Origin: Anthoceros angustus
Lineage: Eukaryota; Plantae; Anthocerotophyta
NCBI GenBank assembly: GCA_010909165.1
Contig: MU008203.1
Span: 378,765-442,764, forward strand
DNA length: 64,000 nt
Reading direction: 5' to 3'
The translations under genes were made by a program, and so were the position numbers. The notes beneath the pieces are model-generated. The model saw only the letters and a list, made by a program, of their open reading frames with translations, did no database searches and had not been told where the DNA came from. Positions 1 to 12,233 of the stretch are shown here, piece after piece (positions within the stretch are counted from its first letter, which is position 1; each line of letters opens with the position of its first letter).

Positions 1-2136
1 CTGCTGCGGGGCGTTTTCATTTGCATCCGCGCCTTGTGCGGGAGGCAGCAATGCGGCGGGCCTGGACTGGAGGGCGGAGCTGGGCTGGTTGCAATCCGGT
101 AGGGCGGTAGGAGCAGATGCAGCGGGGAGCCATGGCAGGGGAATGGTGCAGGTCTGGGCCACGGCGGCCAACACGGAGGCCGGGGTGGCGGTGCAGGAGG
201 AGAAGGCAGCTGAGGTGATTCTGGCAGCAGGGGGGCTGGGAGACGGGGCTGCCAAGGCGCACGAGGATGCGGAGCCGGTGGAGAAGAAAGATGGGGTTGC
301 AGGTGCAGCGGAAGAGGTCCCGGGGGCTAAGGAGGCTAAGGAGACTAAGGAGGCCAAGGTGAAGAGTCCGGAGAAGCCGGCCAAGGTGAAGCGGGTATGG
401 TATCTCACTCTGGACGGAAGAGTGGAATGGTGGTGGTGGTTTTGGATGTGTTGTGGCTGCTCACTCTTGCACAACAGAGAGCTGCAGATTGGAAGAAAGC
501 AGTTGAGTTTGTGAAGACTGGAGCAATCCATGATGGGAAAGTGGAGGGCTCCAACACCGGAGGACTCCTGGTGCGGTACCTTTCGCTCCTGGGGTTCCTT
601 CCGCTGTCGCAGCTGGATTGGAGCCGGGTGCCTGAAGGTGAATTTCTGTCCTGCAAGTGGTGTGGTCGTGCTTTGTGCGAGTAGGAATGAGTTTAGGGAG
701 CAAAGCCGTGTGGTCGGTTGCTGTGAAGAGACTTTTGCTTAGCTCATTCTTCTTCTGATGTGCAGACGGAAGTAAGACCATAGTGGATGTCGCGAAGGGC
801 CTGGTCGGGGAGACTGTGAAAGTGAAGGTACTGCTCAGCTTCCTATGTAAGCCTGGCATGTGGTTTTCGTTGCATGTCTGTTGACAATGAAGGAGTACAG
901 TGGCTTTTGCTTTTTGGTATGCGAGCAGGCCATCACGCCGTATTCTGAAAGAACCAGGAGTTGAATACATCTGCAGATCATAGAGGCCAACGACGAGACC
1001 AAAAGGTTGATTTTCTCCGAGAAGCAGGCAATCGTTTGGCAGAATCTGAGAGACATCAACGTGGGTGATTTTTTTGAAGGTGTGGTGAATTCAGTCACCG
1101 ACTACGGTGCCTTTGTGAACCTCAAATTCCCTGATGGTGATTCCGACGCTAAGACTCTCTCTCATTCATGAACTGATTTTGGTCCCTGGGAGCTATGCTT
1201 TGAAATATGGATTCCCCACTATAGGCTCACCGGTGGAGAGTTTGTTTGCAGGCTCATATAAAGTCAGTGGCCTCGTACACATATCGGAGTTGTCCTGGAA
1301 CATGGTGAAGGACCCCAAAACTGTCGTCCAAGTTGGACAGGAAGTGAAGGTGAAAGTGGTCACCGTTGACAGGTGAGTGAGTGTCTGGCTATGAAGAGCA
1401 GGTCCTCCAGAGTACACCGCTCCTGCCAGCTGATGCCTAAGGCTTTGCACCTGTAGGGAAAAGGGAAGGCTGGCACTGTCACTGAAACAGCTGGAAGCTG
1501 ATCCACTGTTTGAGACGTTGGATACTCTAATGCCGGTGGAAGCACCAGGAGACACGCCCTCGCCCTCGTGCGAAGACAGTCCTTCCGACGTCCCTGACAC
1601 TCCACTGGCTGGTCTGGAGGTGATCTGCGAAGAGCTCCTGAAAGAGGAAGGGTAAGCAGCCAACAAGAATCCCGTCCCCTTCCTGCTTGTCCCTGTTCTT
1701 CTTCAAGTCACCCTCCTCTCTCTTGTGCAGCGTAACCGCAGTCACCCTCGGTAGACAAGCGAGCGAGAAGCGCGTGGTATCACAAGACCTGGAGCTGTGG
1801 GTTTCTAATGTAAGTCCGGGTTCTCCTGCCTATGAACAGTCCCTGATTCGTCACCCAGGCTGCCCTCGTCCCTCCTAGGAACTCACGTAAGCTAGCTGTT
1901 GACCTGGGCAGGAACGGGTGGAAGATGGCTCGTTTACCCTCCTGGCCCGAGCTGGCCGCCAGGTACAGCACCCAACCCGACACATGAAACACATGGGACC
2001 AGCCCTCGAGCTGCCCCTCCTTTTCTAACGTCATCTCTCCCTCCTCCCGCAGGTCCAAGAAGTACATGTAACCACGACCCTGGACAAGGAGGGCATCAAA
2101 GCTGCGGTGCAAAGAGTAACAGGAAGAGTTGAATAG
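1..2136 (+). CDS. Plastid S1 RNA-binding domain protein (SRRP1/At3g23700-like), multi-exon, 5' end upstream of window
   Basis: Frame is open from base 2 with a transit-peptide-like stretch. GT-AG exons lie at approx 1-396, 478-637, 766-827, 978-1136, 1252-1372, 1458-1651, 1731-1809, 1911-1961 and 2053-2136. They encode S1 motifs (GKVEGSNTGGLLV, VTDYGAFVNL, SGLVHISELSW) and the family C-terminus GLEVICEELLKEEG...GRQASEKRVVSQDLELWVSN...FTLLARAGRQVQEVHVTTTLDKEGIKAAVQRV, with stop TAG at 2134-2136. Confidence 0.85.
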
Positions 2137-2550
2137 AGACTTTGTTAGACTAGGCGCAAGACCAAGGCCCTCTGTGCAACCCAGCAATACAGCGTCCCTG
2201 CATTGGGGTACGAATTTTGTCTCGAAACACTCCCATGTCGGCCACAGAAACCCGCTTTTACAGAGTGTATTAGAGACCACGCCCGTCGAGGTTCCCGAGA
2301 CGGACCAGGCTGAGTCCGCCCGTCCTTGACACTTCCGGATAACCCCGGATCTAAAGAAAGACCCAAACACGACATGAATAAAGAGGAAAAACGACATGGA
2401 AGAAGCTTTGGAACCTCCAATGCATGTGAGATTCTGAGCTCCGCTCCGTCGGATTCCGAGTGCAGCTCCTACCGATTTGAATCGCTGGGCACCATCCGCA
2501 GCAAAATCAAACCCTTTTGGAGTGGTGGAAGATTTGAAATCTGAGATTTG

Positions 2551-3657
2551 ATGGTGATGATCGGAGTGGTCTGGGAGGCGTCAATGTGGAGGTGGGTGAG
2601 GCGCAGAATTGCGAGACTGTGCCGGGGCGAAAGCGGGAGGAAGGCGGGGCGGGGGCTGCGGCGGCGGCGGGTCTTCACCCTGATCGAGCTGAGCGACGCG
2701 ACCAAGGGCTTCAGCAGGAAGCAGAAGCTGGGGGAAGGCGGGTTCGGGTGCGTGTTCCGGGGCGTGCTGGCGGACGGGACTCCCGTGGCCGTGAAGAGAT
2801 GCTCGCGGAGGGAGATGGAGGGGAAGGAGAAGGAGAAGAAGGGGCAGGCGCAGAAGGAGTTCCTGGCGGAGGTGGCTTTGATCGCGCAGCTGCGGCACCA
2901 GAACCTGGTCCCGCTCCGGGGCTGGTGCCGGGAGAACTCGGAGCTCCTGCTGGTGTACGACTTCATGCCCAACGGGTCCCTGGACCGGCTGCTGGCGGAC
3001 GCCGTGCTGCCCTGGCCGCAGCGCTGCCTGCTGGTGCTGGACATCGCCGCGGCGTTGCACTTCCTGCACTTCCTGTGCCGCCGCCGCATCGTGCACCGGG
3101 ACGTGAAGAGCAGCAACGTGCTGATCGACGGCGGGATGCGCGCGCGGCTCGGGGACTTCGGCATGGCCATGCCCATGGAGCACGACTGCACCAGCGTGGC
3201 CGGCACCACGGGCTACCTGGCGCCCGAGGCCGTGTACTGCCTCAAGGCCACGGACAAGATGGACGTGTTCAGCTTCGGGGTCCTGGTGCTGGAGATCCTG
3301 ACGGGGCGGGGGCCCGTGGACATGGCGCGGCCGCCGGAGGAGGCCATTCTCATCGACTGGGTCTGGGAACTGCATAAGGCCGGGAGGTTGCTGGACGCCG
3401 CCGATCCCAGGCTGGGCGGGAAGTACAAGGCAGAGGAGATGTCGCGCCTGCTGCAGCTCGGGCTCGTCTGCTCCCACCCCGACCCCGCCGTCCGCCCCGG
3501 GATGGATACCGTCATGGACGTGGTGAATCTGGAGGCCGCCGTGCCGCCCTTACCCGACTCCCGCCCCCTGCCCTTCTTCACTGTCATGCCCAACAGCCGC
3601 GCCGGGGATTCCTGCTCTCCTTCCCCCTCGCCGCCTCGGATTCGGCCTCGGAGATGA
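2551..3657 (+). CDS. Intronless receptor-like Ser/Thr kinase, L-type lectin RLK (LecRK)-type kinase domain without ectodomain
   Basis: Intact GEGGFG, VAVK, HRDVKSSN, DFG, GYLAPE and DVFSFG motifs. LRHQNLVPLRGWC...LLLVYDFMPNGSLD and LQLGLVCSHPDP are typical of LecRK kinases. Confidence 0.85.
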   Translation: MVMIGVVWEASMWRWVRRRIARLCRGESGRKAGRGLRRRRVFTLIELSDATKGFSRKQKLGEGGFGCVFRGVLADGTPVAVKRCSRREMEGKEKEKKGQAQKEFLAEVALIAQLRHQNLVPLRGWCRENSELLLVYDFMPNGSLDRLLADAVLPWPQRCLLVLDIAAALHFLHFLCRRRIVHRDVKSSNVLIDGGMRARLGDFGMAMPMEHDCTSVAGTTGYLAPEAVYCLKATDKMDVFSFGVLVLEILTGRGPVDMARPPEEAILIDWVWELHKAGRLLDAADPRLGGKYKAEEMSRLLQLGLVCSHPDPAVRPGMDTVMDVVNLEAAVPPLPDSRPLPFFTVMPNSRAGDSCSPSPSPPRIRPRR

Positions 3658-4253
3658 GACAGACCATTACTGCCATTGTGTTTCATCACTCTTGTACCAT
3701 ACTATTCTGCGTGAGCTTGCGTCTTTGCTTGAACTAGAAAATCGAGCTGCTTCCATTAAGTGTTGAGACCCAGTTGAAGTCTTAGAGGGCCCAATTCTTT
3801 GCACGACGTATGTTCATCGATATTGTAGATGTATGGAGTTCGATAGATTTTCATAGGCTGGATGGGAAATCTAAGTGTCGGAGCCCACTTCTTTGTATGA
3901 AGTATGTACATAGATCATGTTTCTTAAGCAGGAGCAGCCACGTTTGTCATACACTGTGAACTCTGGAAAAATCAACTAGGTTGAACTACATTATCAAATC
4001 GTTGGGCTGGCGTTAAGCCACAGAACTCTCACGCTAGTGTACATCACATTTGCAATTTGCTCTACCGCAGACTCAGCGCGCCAGATGTTGCCAGCGTCTG
4101 GGTCCTCCAATTGCACATGTGGGGACATCCTGTAGTTCTCTCTGAGGTTATGCCGTACCAAGGGTGACAGCTGTACATACAGGAGGTTGCATTGAATGTG
4201 TCTCCGCTGGACCGACTGTGAGAGACACTCCCTTGGGAAGCTTGCCTACAGTT

Positions 4254-5977
4254 TCACACATCGGTGGAGTCTGAGGGGGATTTTAGTTCTGCTGTTGCTT
4301 CATTCTCCGCAGTCGCAGATCTAGACTCTGCTTTTTCATTGGAAATCCTGCAACAGAAAGGAACCAGTACAAGCCTTAGTGATCATGCATTGGATGTGGT
4401 CTACTCCTTCCTCGTGCGGGCTACGGATGTGGATGGGTTGCGAGCTCTTACATTGACAGGATTGTGACCCAGACGATCTCCACGCAGTCGACCCACAACA
4501 GACGTTGTTCTAGTGGGACGACTCCATATGTCAAGAGATGGGCAAAAGGCCAAAGCTTCCAACCAGCCTGCAGGCGATGGGAAAAGGTTTTTTAATGTCA
4601 GTTCCCACAGCTAGGATCCTGCCATCGAGTACTGCAACATTTGAAACGGAGCATGGAGGAACGAGAGCTACCGTCAGCATGGGGAAGAAGGTTGCTTTCA
4701 AGTCCTTGAAGATGGTCACGGGATTTTCTAGCCTCAACACACCGAGCAACGTGAAGTAGAGACTGTTCCAGAAGGCAGACCAGATTGTCTGGTCGAAGGC
4801 AACCTTGAGTGGCACCACCCACCAGTCTTGGAAGGGGAATAATGCCTGGAAGCCATGAATCCAACTGTTAGAAACCGAGGCAGATACTGTCAACCGAATA
4901 GATGCGTAGGCTGCGCAGATGAATTCACCTCGCAGAAATGGTAGTAGAAATGGGACAAGGACCCATGGAAACTGAACCCGACCAAGCCCGATCTCAATAT
5001 CCGCATGCGATCGAATTCCAACAGCGCTCTCCCCTCGTTGCACTGCATTCACACCGCAACTGATCAGTTTCACCACTCAACTAAATCCTCCTTCTTTCCA
5101 GCTCACCCACGAGTACCTGGCATCGTACAAGCAACCTAACACAAAGCTCTCCTTTCACCTACCTGTGCAATCCAGTCACCAATGGTATACACCACGCCAC
5201 TGATCATCATCTTAGCAAGCACCGGATTGTTCTTCAAAGCCTCCTCATAAGCCTCCCAGTTATGCTCAGGAGCGTACCGCAGAATCTCATAAACCGTCCA
5301 ACCCTGCCACACAAACCAACCAAACCAGCCCAGCTCAGCCACCGCACCAACGAACCCGCATTCCCCCAACCCCGCTACCTCGACACACTTACTTGCCAGT
5401 AGTCGTGGTCCACAGTCAAAAACTTGCTCACAGCAAACGCAACCGCGGACGATGCCAGACACGCATTAACAGCTCGGTCGATGAACCTGTTCTCATCCTC
5501 CTCCGACTTCGCGAACCATACCAGCTTAGGTTGAAACAACCCCCCAGACCCCGCTGCAGCCATCACCTGCGCGTCCGCCCCGCTCCCTAAACTAATAGCC
5601 ACCGCAACCGGCTCCCCAGAATCCACCTCGCACTCCCCGCTCCCGAGGCACTGGACCGGCTCATCCTCACCCGCGAAAAAATCACTCTCCCCCGCCACAA
5701 TCTTCAGCCTCGTCACAGTCTTCCCCGCCAAGTCCACCTTGCTGATGACACCATCCTTCCCCACAACCTCACACCTCACATTCCCACTCTCCCTCGTGCT
5801 CCGCCGAGGCTCCCTCCACCTCAACGCAGCCGAGGAGTACCTCGAAACGCACGCAGCAGGGAAGGCGGAAGCAGCACGACGACCAGCAGTCCCCGCTGAT
5901 CCGGAAGACGAACACTGCCCACTGGACAGCACTCTCTGCCAGGACCCGCCCAGGCTCTTCACACTCGACGTCGTCAT
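4254..5977 (-). CDS. Mpv17/PMP22 family membrane protein (plastid-type, At1g52870/At4g03410-like), multi-exon
   Basis: ATG at 5977 (MTTSSVKS, transit-like). Exons encode LTVDHDYWQ/GWTVYEILRYAPEHNWEAYEEALKNNPVLAKMMISGVVYTIGDWIAQ, RSGLVGFSFHGSLSHFYYHFCE, ALFPFQDWWVVPLKVAFDQTIWSAFWNS, AGWKLWPFAHLLTYGVVPLEQRLLWVDCVEIVWVTILS and a last exon SNEKAESRS...DV* with TGA at 4254-4256. Confidence 0.88.
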
Positions 5978-6865
5978 CTGCCCACCGTGCGGACACTTCC
6001 GCCCACAGCCCACCAAGCTCGGAATCCCGAACAGAAAACACCGAGAAGAGGGCAGAAAATCCTGGAGCTTGGCCGCCCTGATTGCTGCTCGCTGCTCTGG
6101 GACTACCAGTGCCCGGTGCGCTTAAGAAGGCGGTTCCAGGAATTTCCAGAACCGCCGCATGGTGAGAAATTGTGAGAATCCGGCGGGAGCGTGAAGACGC
6201 CCGAGAGCGTGTCCTATTGCCGATGGAACCTCAAGTTCGAAGGAGAAGCAGCCCGGGTTTACTGGCGGGTAATTTCACGCGAATTCCGGCTGGCGTCCCA
6301 CGCGTCGAGAAAATACCACCTGGAAAATCGGCTCGCTATCCGGGCAGGCTCGCTTCACCAGGTGTCTGTGTTTTGAGAACGTTTGGGTTGCCACGTCCAC
6401 AGTTGGGGTTGGGACCTTGACTGGTATGGACGCATGATACAGGACACATGTCCACCGCCGGTCACCAATAGCACGAGGCCCGGTCGGTCTCAAATCGATC
6501 CTCAAATGGTTAGGTGTACGTTCTCTACAAAGCCGGAGAAATTTGATTTGAGTCTAAAAGGATTCAGGGACTGCCTAACGCAATACGTAAGCGGAAACAT
6601 CGGGGGAGGATGTATGACAGACATGTAGATCTATTAGCTAAGGGCCCTTGATGCCTTACAACAAAAGGCCACTAAGGGCTAAGATGGGGGAGCCTAGAAG
6701 GGCTTTAGCGTTACTTTCCCTAACGACCTTTGTTTTCAGTGGCTCATGGCACATAATCCAATTGTCTTTGCTTTACATGTCCGTAGCAAGTTTGTGCCTT
6801 TGATGGTGGTTATCCATGTGAACACTTTGACCGGTGATTGAAAGGTATGATGAGTACGGCAGAAC

Positions 6866-6995
6866 AAGTTCTCTAGAAAGCCTTAAGAACATGGAGCATC
6901 GTGAATAAAAAGTTCTCTGGAAAGCCTTGAGAACATGGAGCATCGTGAATAAAAAGTTCTCTAGAAAGCCTTGAGAACATGGAGCATCGTGAATA
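6866..6995. repeat. Tandem repeat, 44 bp x3
   Basis: aagttctctagaaagcctt(a/g)agaacatggagcatcgtgaataaa at 6866, 6910 and 6954, head-to-tail with no spacers. Confidence 0.9.
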
Positions 6996-7111
6996 CTCTA
7001 GAACTCTAGCCTTGAGTGACTTTATCGGGTTGCCATAATATTCTATTGTGTTTACAGTAATAATCCGACTCGTTTATTATAGCAATTGGCATGTTTTCAT
7101 CTTCTCCTAGA

Positions 7112-7194
7112 CCTCGAGATCGGTCTACCTCACACATTTCAATGGTTAAGGCCTCGAGATCGGTCTACCTCACACATTTCAATGGTCAAGGCCT
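7112..7194. repeat. Tandem repeat, 40 bp x2
   Basis: cctcgagatcggtctacctcacacatttcaatggt(t/c)aagg at 7112 and 7152. Confidence 0.9.
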
Positions 7195-7582
7195 TAAGTT
7201 GATTCCACGCATAGAGTGATTGCACACACCTTTCTGCGAGAAGAGCCAGTGTTGTAAATCGACGAGCCGATAATGGCAACTAGAATTAAAGAGGAATACA
7301 GGTAAAACATGTCAGGCTTTAAAGTGATGTTGGGTATCCTTATAGAAAATGAGGACACTAGAAGGTGCCATTTAGCCCATGAAAAGTGACTCTTATAAAT
7401 GATAAGTAGTACATCAAGGGCAAAGACAATTAGCATGAGCACATGACACGTGCCTCATACCGGGAGCAATCTAACCAAGGTTCGCTTAACCATGAAGTTC
7501 TTACAAATTTGTGGGTTTTGTGAAGGACTCCTCACACTAGGGGTGACGGCGAGCCTCAAGCAGGATGGTACTTACGAGTCTA

Positions 7583-7744
7583 TGTTGGTTTTCTAATCAG
7601 AGATGTAAACAAAAGCAGACTTTGCATAATGAAATAAAAACATTTTCAACATAGTGACTGTGCCCTTTTATACTTGACTAACTAACCACGACTCCCCTAA
7701 CCCTAGTTAGGTTACTTAACTAGAGGTCAGCTTTTATCTCAACA
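7583..7744 (-). repeat. 3' LTR (162 bp) of the copia element, preceded by a polypurine tract
   Basis: Minus strand reads ...ttagagggag|TGTTGAGATAA...AAAACCAACA, with TG...CA termini and an internal TATAAAA. Confidence 0.7.
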
Positions 7745-10700
7745 CTCCCTCTAAAGCGCCTACTAGGTTAAGACCTAAACGTGGTTCACATAGCCAGGAA
7801 CTCCCGCTAACGCCCCATATTGACAGGAGGCCTAGCGTAAGGGAGGACAAAGGCACAGCGATGGAAGCCTTCTTTGTTACGTCCCTACGCGTCACAGCCG
7901 TGTCATGCCGTATGATACTAATCTCTGCACTTGGGTTTAGTATTTGATTAGCATTAATTAATCTAATTACTTATCTCTAAATATCTATATATCTGCGTAT
8001 TAGATTTGTTTGCTTGGTTGTTGGTCGAGGAAATGCTTATATGAATTCAAGTGCTTATCTCGTGCGACAGCCGCCACCGCCAGTCTTGTTCTTGTACACC
8101 CGCTTGAGCCGCTTTGACCGTCTCACGTGTTCATGATTCCGCCGTGACTTTTGACGGTGGTGGGGTCAGTGCAATTCTAAGTGTAGGCTGTGAGGAGCCG
8201 ACTCACGAAACATTCACTACAACATTGGGAACCTTCGGGTTCCCAAACCCTCCTCCTCCTCCCCACCTCCTCCCCTCCCCATCTCCGAGATAAGTGCTCA
8301 ACTTGTGCCATGGAAGTAGTCAAAGTAATTCCCGAGCCCTAGGCCTGCTAGATGTTTATAGTGCTTATGCTTAGGCAGGCCTTTGGTGAGGATATCAGCC
8401 ACATTCTCGTCTGTGTGGGTATAGTCCACTTTGACAATCCCTCTTTCCACTACATCTCTCACATAGTGATGCTGGATTTCTATGTGATTTGTTCGTGCAT
8501 GGAACCTAGGGTTAGCCACCAGCGCTAACACTGACATGTTGTCACAGTGCAGAAATGTGAGCAATTTTTGCTCTTGGTCTAGGTCTTTAAGAAAACTGCA
8601 TTCCCATTCAGCTTCCTTAGAGGCATCTGTGAGTGACTTATACTCAGCCTCCATAGAAGATAAGGCGATGGACAACTGCTTCTTACATGACCATTTGACC
8701 ATCATGGAGTGACAAAGATGAAGCAATAGGTGGAAAGGCTTTTCCCGAATGAAGGTTCCATGCCCACGCCATCCTGTACCCTCCAAGGTTAACTTACGTT
8801 GCCCTGAACTTTTGTAGAATAGACCTGTTGTTCGTGTGCCCTTAAGGTACCTGAAGATCCTCTTAACTGCCACCCAGTGGGCTTTGCCAGGTCGTTCAAG
8901 GAACTGTGAAACAGTGCTTACAGCATACTGGATGTCTGGTCTCGTCCAGTTAGCAATGAAAATGAGACTTCCTACAGCATGCCTGTAAGGGATGTCCTTC
9001 ATTTCCAGCATGTCTGCCTCGGACTGTGGGCACTGTTCACTGGTAAGGTTATCACCTGTAGTGAAGGGTGTTGTTGCTGGCCTAGCTTGATCCATCTTGA
9101 ACTTACGGAGGATATCTCCTATGTACTTGTGCTATTGTATGATTAGCAGCCCTTCTTGCCTAACCCTCAGGATCTGTATTCCCAAATAGAACCTGAGTTC
9201 GCCGATGTCCTTCATGTGAAATCTTGTGCTAAGCATGGTCTTGACCTCGGCTAATAACGGTTGGCTGTTTGTTGCGAGGATCACATCATCCACATACAAG
9301 GCCAGCACAACGAAGTCTGTTCCTCGACTAAGAGGATAAACGTTGGAGTCTGCTATACTCTGTGTGAAGTTGATACTAAGGAGGTACAGATGCATGGTTA
9401 TGTACCAGACTCTTCCACTTTGTTTGAGCCCGTAGATACACTTGAGGAGCTTGAGTATTTTCCTTGGATGATGCTTGTCTTCGTATCCCTCAGGTTGCAT
9501 CATGTAAAGTTCCTCATCTAGGGCACCATACAGAAAGGCTGTACACACATCCATTTGCTGCAGATCTAGGTCAAGTTTGGCAGCCAGTGCTAGCAAGATC
9601 CTAATGGACTGTGCGCGGACGACAGGTGAGAAGGTCTCCTGGTAGTCTAGGTCCTCCACCTGTGTGAAGCCCCTTGCTACGAGCCTTGCCTTGTAGCGGG
9701 CAATCCCTTGTGCATTAAGCTTCAGTTTAAAAACCCACTTACAGGATATGGGTTTCCTTCCCTGTGGCAGGTCAATAAGCACCCAAGTCTCGTTCTTGAT
9801 CAGGGACTGGTACTCGTCCTCAACAGCAGCTTTCCATTGAGCCCTATCAGACCCTGCTATGGCCTCCTTGTATGAGGTAGGCTCAACAGCGACTAGGATA
9901 TCGACAGTGGCTCCGAGTGATCGCCAGTCGATGGACTCATACCGTGGTTCACGCCGAGTCGTGGGTGGATGATGCCCGGTGGATCGCTGACTCGTGTTCG
10001 TTCGCTGCGCAAGCACCGCCGCCTCCGCTCATATCCGCCAGTTATCTCCGCCCTATACAATGACATCGTTAAGTGCATCATGCTGATCATTGTTCTCATC
10101 ATTGCCTTGATCAATTTCCCTCTTTGGTGCGAGACCCGATTGGTCAGGGTCAACTAGCACAGCCTGGGGAGCTGCGGCTACTGGGGCAACAGGTGGTATG
10201 ACAAGTGCCGCCAGGGGCTCGGCATCATCTTGAGGATAATGTACATCATCAGCATCGTCTTCGGTAGGAATGACAGCTCCCTATGAAGAGGGCGTGAGAA
10301 GAATGGGCTGGATGGCTCCAAAAGTGACGTCACATCAAGGGTGACAGCTTTTTGAGTTGTCGAAAAGCTTATAAGCTTTGCCTACTATAGCCGACAAATG
10401 CAGGAGTTGCGCCTACGGATCGAGTTTCTGCGCTCCCGCAAGAATGTAAGCATAGGCCTTGGACCCAAAAACACGAAGGTGAAGGATGGTCGGCTTGCGA
10501 TGCCAAAAGACTTCAAAGGGGGTTTGGCCAGGCACAGAGCTTGTAAGCACTCTGTTCAAGATGTATGTGGCTGCCACAACCGCCTCAGCCCAAAATTCCT
10601 GTGGTAAGCCAGCCCACAAAAGCATACTACGTGTCATAGAAAGTAGGGTCTGATTTTTACGCTCATCAACCCCGTTTTGTTGCTGGGTGTAGGGGACAAT

Positions 10701-12233
10701 CAGCTGGCGCTGAATGCCATGCTCCTGGAGAAAGACATCAAAGGCATGGTTGACAAACTCCATCCCGTTGTCTGTGCGAAGCATCTTGAGGAGGCAGCCA
10801 GACTGCCTCTGCACCACAGGTAACCATTCCTGGAAAAAATTAAGGGTATCGCTCTTCAAATGCATCGGATAGGTCCAGGAGTATCTGCTGAAGTCATTAG
10901 TGATAGTTAGATAATATTGAGCACCCCCCAGAGAGGGCTCATTGATTTTTTCCAGAGATGTCAGCATGGACTAACTCCAGCAAACATTTTGCTCTATTGG
11001 CATGCTTTGGAAATGGGAGCTCCCTCTGCTTGGCTAGGATGCAAGACTCGCAGATAAGGAGATCCATAAAGCAAGGTGGGAGTGGCTCCCTATGGCAGGA
11101 CTGTTTTGACATATCTATTAGCTTATGCCTGTTGGCATGGCCTAAACGTGCATGCCACAAGGATGCTAGCTGCTTGGGATGAAGGGAAACTCGGGAATAG
11201 GCAACAGTGGCGAACACACCGACCACCAACAGTGTCGTGGTTCCGTAACACCTTGGAATGAACACTTCGCAGGATGGTCAATCTTGTAGAAGCAGCAGCT
11301 CTCACTATCGACTCGCACTCATAAACACGAGTTTGCATCAGCTTGCTCAACGAGAGGAGGTTCTTGGCCATATCCGTACAAAGAGGACATCATGCACGCA
11401 TGAAGGTCAACCCATCGTGAGTAGGAAAGTACAGTTCCAACCCTCAACTCAGAAGCTTGTGTCACTCCGCTCATCTCCTAACAAAACCTTGTCTTCATAT
11501 GACATGTTCAAGTTAGAAACAAAGCTTTATCATTGCGTATGTGAGTTGTAGCCCCGAATCAAGGTACCAAGAATCAAAGATCGCAAGCAACGAGCTTGTG
11601 AGGCAAACGGTGAGAATCTTCACAGACCCTTTCGAGCTTTCTCCCTTTTCCTTAACAACAATGTGGGCTGACTGCTTGTGTGGCTGAACCTTCTGTGGCT
11701 CACCGGCCTTCTTTTTCCGGCAATCACGAGCCCAATGTCCGGCAATCCCACACCAATTGCAGTTGCCTGTTCGCTTGGGTGTAGCGGAAGAACCAGAGTT
11801 GAAGTCTGAACGACCTCCAGGTGCTCTTCCTAACCCGCGTTGTGTTCTGACTCTTGCACTCAGAACCTTATCCCCCTTTGACCTATGTCCTCCAGAGGTA
11901 TTAAGACGCCCTTGTTCTTCTTGAAACAGGGCTCCTATGACATCCTCGACCGTCACGAGAGGAGCGGCACCAGCTACTTGGGGTTGGCGTATAGGACCAT
12001 TGAAGTCATGAATGAAGGTCTCAAAAAGACGGAGGCAATGATGTGAGTAGTTGGGCCGCCTCAACTTCATCCATCTTGGAACCAAAGGCAGCCACTGGGC
12101 TCTCTAGCTGATTTAAACCTCAGAACGTGAGGAGCGACCTCGTCCCCTCTCAGGTCAAGGTCAGAAACTCATGATGACACAAGGTGTGCATATTCAGACG
12201 CAGGTTGTCCGAGTTGATCCCAGATACCCCTTC
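7583..12233 (-). mobile_element. Ty1/copia LTR retrotransposon, degenerate, 5' part truncated
   Basis: Minus-strand order: gag (LLTSLP, CCHC knuckle CNWCGIAGHWARDC), protease (WYLDSG), pre-integrase (LWHARLGH), integrase (LVHADI, LRTDNGMEF, PYTQQQNG), RT (CKWVFK, YKARLVARGF, YVDD), RNase H (SSMEAEY, ENVADILTK). Stops and frameshifts are present. Gag is cut at ~12233 by another element. Confidence 0.93.

Noticed and set aside
2581-3477. Long antisense and alternate-frame ORFs over the kinase (and similarly 53954-55731 over AMT2)
   Set aside because: These are shadow ORFs of GC-rich coding sequence with no motifs.
6866-7194. Short direct repeats as a CRISPR-like array
   Set aside because: The units are contiguous with no unique spacers, the context is eukaryotic, and there are no cas genes.
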